A stretch of 64,000 nucleotides of DNA from Gammaproteobacteria bacterium (GTDB lineage: Bacteria > Pseudomonadota > Gammaproteobacteria > Pseudomonadales > Cellvibrionaceae): NCBI GenBank assembly GCA_031425935.1, contig JANPKH010000331.1, positions 14,870-78,869 on the forward strand. Reading direction: 5' to 3'. A program made the position numbers and the translations under genes. Shown here piece after piece: positions 54,765 through 64,000 of the stretch. Below the pieces are notes generated by a model, which saw only the letters and a list, made by a program, of their open reading frames with translations, did no database searches and was not told the DNA's origin. Position 1 is the stretch's first letter. Every line of letters starts with the position of its first letter.

Positions 54765-55568
54765 TTGACCAGAATATATGCTGTCGCTAATCAAAAAGGG
54801 GGTGTTGGTAAAACCACTACCTGCGTAAATTTAGCGGCGTCGCTTGCGGCAACAAAAAAGCGTGTTTTGTTAGTTGATCTTGATCCACAAGGTAACGCGA
54901 CAATGGGCAGCGGCATTAATAAAAATGAAATTGAAGAAAATATTTATGATGTGTTAACAGAACGCGCCAACATTAGTAAGTGCATTGTGTTTTCAGAAAG
55001 TGGTAAATATTATGTGCTGCCATCGAATGGAGATTTGACCGCTGCTGAAGTTGAATTATTAGCACTACAAAACAAAGAAAGGCGTTTACAAAAAGCTTTA
55101 GCAGAAATACAAAATCAATATGATTATATTTTAATTGATTGTCCACCTTCGCTCAATATGCTCACACTGAATGCATTAACAGCGTGCAGCGGTGTCATCA
55201 TTGCAATGCAATGCGAGTATTACGCGCTTGAAGGTTTGTCTGCTTTAGTGGGCACCATTCATCAAATCCAACAAGTTTTAAATCCCGAATTAAAAATCGA
55301 AGGTTTATTGCGTACCATGTATGATCCTCGTAATAGCTTGACTAATGATGTATCCGTGCAATTAACGCAACATTTCGGCGATAGCTTATACCGCACTTGT
55401 ATTCCTAGGAATGTGCGTCTTGCGGAAGCCCCCAGTTTTGGCATGCCGGTATTGGCATTTGACCGACAATCAAAAGGCGCGCTTGCATATCTCGCTTTAG
55501 CGGGAGAAATAATTCGCCGTAACGAAACAGGCACAAAGAATATTAATTCGACAGAAGCAGCTCATTAA
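54765..55568 (+). CDS. parA: Chromosome partitioning ATPase ParA/Soj
   Basis: ANQKGGVGKTTT, DLDPQGNAT, IDCPP, QCEYYALEG; TTG start after AAGGA. Confidence 0.96.
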   Translation: MTRIYAVANQKGGVGKTTTCVNLAASLAATKKRVLLVDLDPQGNATMGSGINKNEIEENIYDVLTERANISKCIVFSESGKYYVLPSNGDLTAAEVELLALQNKERRLQKALAEIQNQYDYILIDCPPSLNMLTLNALTACSGVIIAMQCEYYALEGLSALVGTIHQIQQVLNPELKIEGLLRTMYDPRNSLTNDVSVQLTQHFGDSLYRTCIPRNVRLAEAPSFGMPVLAFDRQSKGALAYLALAGEIIRRNETGTKNINSTEAAH

Positions 55569-55594
55569 AAAATTTATTACAAGGTTAAAAACTA

Positions 55595-56509
55595 ATGTCG
55601 ACAAAACGTAAAGGTTTAGGAAAAGGTTTGGATGCACTTTTAAGTGCGGGATTAGGTATAACATCACCGGCGCCTGCAATGCCTTTGGTGCCCGGCACAA
55701 GTGGTGAAGCGGATACCAAATTAGAATATAAAGATGGCAAGCTTGCGCATCTACCGGTTGAATTAATTCAACGCGGAAAATATCAACCGCGCCGCGATAT
55801 GCATCCTGAAGCTTTGGAAGAGCTGGCGGAATCCATTAAAGTTCAAGGAGTGATGCAGCCGATTGTCGTCCGCCCGATTGGTGATGGCCGTTATGAATTA
55901 ATTGCTGGAGAGCGCCGGTGGCGAGCCACGCAGTTAGCTGGACTAGATAAAATTCCCGCTGTCATTCGTGATGTTCCTGATGAAGCGGCGATTGCGATGT
56001 CGCTGATTGAAAATATTCAACGCGAAAATTTAAATCCCATTGAAGAAGCAATGGCCCTCAAAAGATTGCAAGACGAATTTGAATTAACTCATCAGGAAGT
56101 AGCTACTGCTGTAGGTAAATCTCGCACTACGATTACTAATTTATTACGATTAATTGCATTGACTGATGATGTGAAAGTTTTGTTGGAACGTGGTGATTTA
56201 GAAATGGGGCATGCACGCTCTTTACTGACGCTTGAACCTAGTGTTCAGAGGCAAATTGGCCGACAAATTGTTGCTAAAGGTTTGTCGGTTCGACAAACGG
56301 AAGCGTTAGTACGTGTTTATCAAGAAGGGAAAAATAAAACTAAGCCTGTGGTAGCACCATCTGTTGATATTCGCCGATTAGAGGAGCGTTTATCAGAAAA
56401 ATTAGGTGCTGGTGTTGAAATTCAACATAGCACTAAAGGTAAGGGAAAGTTGGTCATAAGTTACAACTCTCTTGATGAGCTAGATGGAATTTTAAATCAC
56501 ATTCAATGA
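55595..56509 (+). CDS. parB: Chromosome partitioning protein ParB/Spo0J
   Basis: GLGKGLDALL, IAGERRWRA, ENIQRENL, HTH VGKSR. Confidence 0.97.
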   Translation: MSTKRKGLGKGLDALLSAGLGITSPAPAMPLVPGTSGEADTKLEYKDGKLAHLPVELIQRGKYQPRRDMHPEALEELAESIKVQGVMQPIVVRPIGDGRYELIAGERRWRATQLAGLDKIPAVIRDVPDEAAIAMSLIENIQRENLNPIEEAMALKRLQDEFELTHQEVATAVGKSRTTITNLLRLIALTDDVKVLLERGDLEMGHARSLLTLEPSVQRQIGRQIVAKGLSVRQTEALVRVYQEGKNKTKPVVAPSVDIRRLEERLSEKLGAGVEIQHSTKGKGKLVISYNSLDELDGILNHIQ

Positions 56510-56662
56510 TGCCAAGATAATTTCGATTACTTAATTATTAAGGTGGTCAGATTATAATTATTTTTGATTAAAATTTAATCACGAGCATCATTGTCAGTGC
56601 ATAAAAGTATGTTGGAAAAAGCTATTGCCCTATCTTAGAGCTTATTTCTTAGCATTTGAGAC

Positions 56663-56692
56663 TTGCTGCACACTAGTAAACACCCCTATAAT
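56663..56692 (+). promoter_or_regulatory. sigma70 promoter of the atp operon
   Basis: TTGCTG-N18-TATAAT with a GCGCGC discriminator. Confidence 0.7.
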
Positions 56693-56767
56693 GCGCGCGC
56701 CTATCGAATACCATGTTCAGGTATATACCCAGGCACAGAATCTAAAAGTGGCAAAAGCCCAAAGAAA

Positions 56768-57178
56768 TTGCGAAAAAGAAAATCTAATCAGCGCTCCATC
56801 AACACTATTTCTAAACCACCGATTTTACAGCGGCAGCTGTTTTTGTGGTTGGCGATGGTGGTTATATCATTGGCAGTAATGTCGATAGATGCGCGAGTCG
56901 GTTTATCGCTTCTTTGGGGCTTTTCAGTGTGTATGTTGCCCGCTGCTTGTTTTACGTGGTATGCAAATAAAAACTACGTTTTGCTCGTGACCATAGCAAC
57001 AATAAATAATTTTTATCGTGCTGAGGCCATAAAAATTATTATTACGGCAATCTTGTTTGCACTGGTTTTTAAGCGTGAAAATAAAATTGATGTAGTTATT
57101 TTGTTTATCGCGTTTGTTGTTGCTCAGATATGTTCGGCAGTTCTTGTAGCGAAAACTTTGCACAAAAAGAAAAGCTAA
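56768..57178 (+). CDS. atpI: ATP synthase protein I (start uncertain)
   Basis: Four hydrophobic segments and FYRAEAIK motif; first gene before atpB. The ORF-track start overlaps the promoter, so the downstream in-frame TTG was chosen. Confidence 0.75.
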   Translation: MRKRKSNQRSINTISKPPILQRQLFLWLAMVVISLAVMSIDARVGLSLLWGFSVCMLPAACFTWYANKNYVLLVTIATINNFYRAEAIKIIITAILFALVFKRENKIDVVILFIAFVVAQICSAVLVAKTLHKKKS

Positions 57179-57213
57179 CGTTTGGGTAAGTTTATTTTCA
57201 TTAGTCATTTTGA

Positions 57214-58167
<954 letters not shown>

Positions 58168-58200
58168 TTTTTCATTTTAACTTTATTTTTACTTTTATAA

Positions 58201-58455
<255 letters not shown>

Positions 58456-58539
58456 TTAGGAACGCTGTGCTCCAAACGAGAAGCTCTTTCGCGAGTTTCT
58501 TTTAATAGCCAAAAGCATTCCAGAACAGAGGTTATCGGT

Positions 58540-59010
58540 GTGAATATAAATTTGACCTTAATCGGACAGTCAATCGCGTTTCTATTGTTCGTGCTCTTTT
58601 GCATGAAATACGTTTGGCCCTTCATCACCGCTGCGATGGATGAGCGTACCAAGCGTATTGCTAATGGACTTCAAGCGGCAGACAGAGCTGAAAAAGATCT
58701 TGCGTTAGCACAACATAAAGTTGTTGAGCAATTAACCCAGGCTAAAAAAGAAGCATCTGTCATTATTGATCAAGCCAACAAGCGCGCTATTGAAATTGTT
58801 GAAGAGGCAAAAGAAAAAGCACGTCTTGAAGGCGATAGATTAAAAGCTTCAGCGCAAGCAGAAATTGAACAGGCAACTAACCGTGCGAAAGAAGAATTGC
58901 GCAGCAAAGTAGTTGTTCTTGCCTTGGCTGGAGCTGAAAAAATTCTAGGATCTTCTATCGACCAAAAAGCTCACAGCGAGTTAGTTAACAAACTCGCTGC
59001 TGAGTTGTAA
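58540..59010 (+). CDS. atpF: F0 subunit b
   Basis: [10 protein letters not shown]...FCMKYVWP. Confidence 0.98.
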   Translation: MNINLTLIGQSIAFLLFVLFCMKYVWPFITAAMDERTKRIANGLQAADRAEKDLALAQHKVVEQLTQAKKEASVIIDQANKRAIEIVEEAKEKARLEGDRLKASAQAEIEQATNRAKEELRSKVVVLALAGAEKILGSSIDQKAHSELVNKLAAEL

Positions 59011-59021
59011 TTGAGGTTGAT

Positions 59022-59558
59022 ATGGCTGAATTAAATACCTTAGCTAGACCTTACGCCAAAGCTGCATTTGAAGTTGCTTTGGCTGATAAGAAATTGCAGT
59101 TTTGGTTAAGCGCGCTAGAAGTTTCAGCTGCGGTTGCAGAACAGGATCGAGTGAAAAAAGTATTAAATTCATCTGACTTGTCCTCAACACAAAAAGCGAC
59201 TGTTTTTATACAAGTTTGTAATGAACAAATGGATGAAAAAGTTAAAAATTTCATTCATACCCTTGCCAGCAATAAGCGTTTAGCCTTGTTACCTTACATT
59301 AAGGAACAATTCGCAACGATGAAAGCGCAGCAGGAAAAATCCATTGAGGTTGAGGTAACAGCGGCTTATGAGTTGTCTGTTGACTTAATAAATAAATTGA
59401 CCCAAGCATTGAGCGTCAAATTGAATCGTAGTGTTAGTGTGCTTAGCTCGGTTGATCAGAGCTTGTTGGGTGGTGCAATTATCCATACCGGCGACATAGT
59501 AATCGACGGTTCAATTCGTGGTCGCTTGGCAAAACTCGCCGAAGCAATGAAATCCTAA
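59022..59558 (+). CDS. atpH: F1 subunit delta
   Basis: [21 protein letters not shown]. Confidence 0.98.
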   Translation: MAELNTLARPYAKAAFEVALADKKLQFWLSALEVSAAVAEQDRVKKVLNSSDLSSTQKATVFIQVCNEQMDEKVKNFIHTLASNKRLALLPYIKEQFATMKAQQEKSIEVEVTAAYELSVDLINKLTQALSVKLNRSVSVLSSVDQSLLGGAIIHTGDIVIDGSIRGRLAKLAEAMKS

Positions 59559-59581
59559 TTGTTGGGATAGAGGAACAGAGC

Positions 59582-61126
59582 ATGCAGCAACTGAACCCTT
59601 CTGAAATCAGTGAAATTATCAAGCAACGCATTGATAATCTTACATTTTCTACAGAAGCACAAAACGAAGGTACGGTTGTATCCGTAACCGACGGTATTAT
59701 TCGCATTCACGGTCTTGCTGAAGTTATGTACGGCGAGATGATTGAATTTGAAGGCGGAGTTTTTGGTATGGCGCTCAACTTGGAGCGCGACTCCGTGGGT
59801 GCCGTAATTCTTGGTAATTACCGCGGTATTGCCGAAGGCCAAAAATGTAAATGTACCGGTCGCATTCTCGAGGTGCCAGTCGGCCCGGAATTGCTCGGTC
59901 GTGTTGTTGATGCCCTCGGCAATCCCATCGATGGTAAAGGTCCATTGAATAACACCATGACCGATGCTATTGAAAAAGTGGCTCCCGGCGTAATTTGGCG
60001 TAAATCAGTAGATCAACCAGTACAAATTGGTTTGAAAGCGATTGATGCCATGGTGCCTATTGGTCGTGGTCAACGCGAACTGATTATCGGTGACCGCCAA
60101 ATTGGTAAAACTGCCATTGCCGTTGACGCCATCATCAACCAAAAAGGCTCAGGCATTAAATGTATCTACGTAGCAATTGGCCAAAAAGCCTCTTCTATCG
60201 CTGCAGTAGTACGTAAGTTGGAAGACCACGGCGCTATGGCGCATACCGTGGTAGTTGCGGCAACTGCATCTGACCCGGCTGCCATGCAGTTCTTGGCACC
60301 CTTTGCCGGCTGCACCATGGGCGAGTTTTACCGCGACCGCGGTCAAGATGCCTTGATTATTTATGACGACTTGACCAAGCAAGCTTGGGCTTACCGTCAA
60401 ATTTCCTTGTTGCTGCGCCGTCCTCCGGGCCGTGAAGCTTATCCTGGCGATGTATTCTATCTCCACTCGCGTCTGTTAGAGCGTGCATCTCGCGTCAGTG
60501 AAGATTACGTTGAAAAATTCACCAAGGGTGAAGTGAAAGGCAAAACCGGTTCTCTTACCGCCCTGCCTATCATTGAAACTCAAGCCGGTGACGTTTCTGC
60601 ATTCGTACCCACTAACGTGATTTCGATTACTGACGGTCAGATCTTTTTGGAATCCTCCATGTTCAACTCAGGCGTACGTCCTGCGATGAACGCCGGTATT
60701 TCGGTATCGCGTGTAGGTGGTGCTGCGCAAACTAAAGTCATTAAAAAGCTGGCGGGCGGTATTCGTACTGCTCTGGCGCAATATCGCGAATTGGCGGCCT
60801 TCTCACAATTTGCTTCGGATTTGGATGAAGTCACCAAATCGCAATTGAGCCACGGTCAACGTGTTACTGAATTGATGAAGCAAAAGCAATTTACGCCTAT
60901 GAGCGTAGCGCAAATGGCATTAGTGTTGTTTGCCGCTAACGAAGGCCATCTAAAAGATATCGAAGTGAATAAGGTGCTGGATTTTGAAGCTGCATTGTTG
61001 TCATTCGCCAAATCTGAATACGCCGATACCATGGCGCATATAGATGCTACTGGCGATTGGAATGGCGAGCTGGAAGGCAAGTTCAAAGAATTAATCACTA
61101 AGCTAAAAGCAAGTCGTACTTGGTAG
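59582..61126 (+). CDS. atpA: F1 subunit alpha
   Basis: [31 protein letters not shown]. Confidence 0.99.
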   Translation: MQQLNPSEISEIIKQRIDNLTFSTEAQNEGTVVSVTDGIIRIHGLAEVMYGEMIEFEGGVFGMALNLERDSVGAVILGNYRGIAEGQKCKCTGRILEVPVGPELLGRVVDALGNPIDGKGPLNNTMTDAIEKVAPGVIWRKSVDQPVQIGLKAIDAMVPIGRGQRELIIGDRQIGKTAIAVDAIINQKGSGIKCIYVAIGQKASSIAAVVRKLEDHGAMAHTVVVAATASDPAAMQFLAPFAGCTMGEFYRDRGQDALIIYDDLTKQAWAYRQISLLLRRPPGREAYPGDVFYLHSRLLERASRVSEDYVEKFTKGEVKGKTGSLTALPIIETQAGDVSAFVPTNVISITDGQIFLESSMFNSGVRPAMNAGISVSRVGGAAQTKVIKKLAGGIRTALAQYRELAAFSQFASDLDEVTKSQLSHGQRVTELMKQKQFTPMSVAQMALVLFAANEGHLKDIEVNKVLDFEAALLSFAKSEYADTMAHIDATGDWNGELEGKFKELITKLKASRTW

Positions 61127-61216
61127 GCTGAAACTGGTCGCACTGGGTAGTTAGAGGGTGCCTTACAACGTTTGGTTGAAAAGGCACTCTTATAAATCCC
61201 TCAAGAGTCTTTGAGT

Positions 61217-62080
61217 ATGGCAGGTACAAAAGAAATACGGACGCAAATTGCGAGCGTCAAAGGCACACAAAAAATTACTAGCGCAATGGAAATGGTTGCT
61301 GCGAGTAAAATGCGCCGGGCGCAAGATCGCATGCAGTTGGGTAAACCTTACTCAAATCGTATGCGTTTTGTTATTGGGCATTTAGCAAACTCCAATGCTG
61401 AATATAAGCATCAATTCATGCAGGAACGCGTCGTTAAACGTGTCGGTTTTGTTATTGTGTCGAGCGATCGTGGTCTTTGCGGTGGTTTAAACACAAACTT
61501 GTTTAAAGCCACAATTAAAGCCATGAAAGTGTGGGCTGACCAAGGCATAGCGATTGATTTATGTATAATTGGTGCAAAAGCAGCGGCTTTTTTCAAAAGT
61601 TTTGGCGGTAATGTAGTTGCCTCAGCTCGCGATATAGGTGAAGCACCTACAGTCACACAGCTAATTGGTAGTGTGAAAGTCATGTTGGATGCCTATGAAG
61701 AAGGCAAAATTGACAAGTTGTTTGTAGTTAGCAATGAATTTGTTAATACCATGACCCAACAACCTAAAGTCCAGCAATTGTTGCCGTTGGTAGCGGAAGA
61801 TAATACTCAGCTGAAACATCATTGGGATTATCTCTACGAACCTGATGCCGAGATTTTGCTAAAAGGGCTATTAACCCGTTTTATCGAATCACAAGTGTAC
61901 CAAGCAGTCGTTGAAAACACTGCGAGTGAACAAGCAGCACGTATGGTTGCCATGAAAAGTGCAACGGATAACGCTGGCGAATTGATCGATAATTTAAAGC
62001 TGATATATAACAAAGCTCGTCAATCAGCGATTACGCAGGAACTGTCTGAAATTGTGGGCGGTGCGGCAGCGGTATCTTAG
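61217..62080 (+). CDS. atpG: F1 subunit gamma
   Basis: [29 protein letters not shown]. Confidence 0.99.
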   Translation: MAGTKEIRTQIASVKGTQKITSAMEMVAASKMRRAQDRMQLGKPYSNRMRFVIGHLANSNAEYKHQFMQERVVKRVGFVIVSSDRGLCGGLNTNLFKATIKAMKVWADQGIAIDLCIIGAKAAAFFKSFGGNVVASARDIGEAPTVTQLIGSVKVMLDAYEEGKIDKLFVVSNEFVNTMTQQPKVQQLLPLVAEDNTQLKHHWDYLYEPDAEILLKGLLTRFIESQVYQAVVENTASEQAARMVAMKSATDNAGELIDNLKLIYNKARQSAITQELSEIVGGAAAVS

Positions 62081-62154
62081 TTTCAATGGTGTCTGATCTT
62101 GTTATGACTGACCCATTGTGACCCCATTGAAATTGAACCAGCATAGAAGTTTAA

Positions 62155-63546
<1,392 letters not shown>

Positions 63547-63549
63547 TTC

Positions 63550-63583
63550 GATAAACCTGGTGTTACACAACGTCAGGTTTATC
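63550..63583 (+). other. Intercistronic stem-loop between atpD and atpC
   Basis: GATAAACCTG...CAGGTTTATC inverted repeat with no T tail. Confidence 0.6.
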
Positions 63584-63628
63584 TAACAAGTTTGTCCAGG
63601 GTTTGATATTCATCACGAGAGTAAAGAG

Positions 63629-64000
63629 ATGGCCATGACTGTTCAATGCAATATCGTCAGCGCTGAGCGCGAGATTTTTTCTGGCTTGGTGGAGATGGTA
63701 GTTGCTACAGGAGCTTTGGGTGATTTAGGTGTCACCTACGGTCACGCGCCATTGTTGACCAGTTTGCAACCAGGCCCAGTGCGTGTTATCAAACAAGGTG
63801 GTGCTGAAGAAGTCTTTTATGTGTCTGGTGGATTTCTGGAGGTTCAGCCTTACTTTATCAGTATTTTAGCCGACACAGCTTCACGTGCCGGTGATTTGGA
63901 TGAAGCCGCTGCTCTAGAAGCACAGCAATCGGCGCTGAAATCTATAACCAATAAATCCACCGAGTTTGATTTTGCCCGAGCAGCTATTCAATTGGCGGAA
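63629..64000 (+). CDS. atpC: F1 subunit epsilon (runs off the window end)
   Basis: Manual translation [19 protein letters not shown]...GHAPLLT...[10 protein letters not shown]. Confidence 0.97.
   Translation, partial: MAMTVQCNIVSAEREIFSGLVEMVVATGALGDLGVTYGHAPLLTSLQPGPVRVIKQGGAEEVFYVSGGFLEVQPYFISILADTASRAGDLDEAAALEAQQSALKSITNKSTEFDFARAAIQLAE

Noticed and set aside
62081-62135. Short repeat GACCCATTG/GACCCCATTG and TTCAATGG/CCATTGAA stem between atpG and atpD
   Set aside because: Consistent with ordinary intercistronic mRNA structure; single copy, not a REP or MITE family in this window.

Overview
Origin-of-replication region of a gammaproteobacterial chromosome; gene order and protein sequences suggest a Cellvibrionaceae/Pseudomonadales-like organism (inference). 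Core content: radC(3' end)-rpmB-rpmG-HDOD-mutM; ppk1/ppx, secB-grxC-rhodanese; tonB-exbB-exbD-exbD-TPR; a MacAB-like ABC exporter with a duplicated permease pair; leuA opposite an Lrp regulator; gyrB-recF-dnaN-dnaA with two parS sites in recF; rpmH-rnpA-yidD-yidC-mnmE; a DnaA-box/AT-rich oriC-like region; mnmG-rsmG-parA-parB; and atpIBEFHAGDC. The main accessory region is a ~7 kb defence/toxin-antitoxin patch after mutM (3.5-10.7 kb). It holds an AbiE-like pair with a frameshifted toxin, a truncated vsr, a phased palindrome array with no gene, a RES-toxin remnant absent from the ORF track, and an intact HipBA-like pair with visible operators. It also holds the best candidate for an undescribed system: a restriction-modification-type controller (C) protein with a near-canonical C-box, coupled to a DUF2075 nuclease-helicase (1-nt frameshift) and divergent from a minimal CbtA-like toxin ORF. 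All family calls are from motif recognition by eye; no database searches were run.
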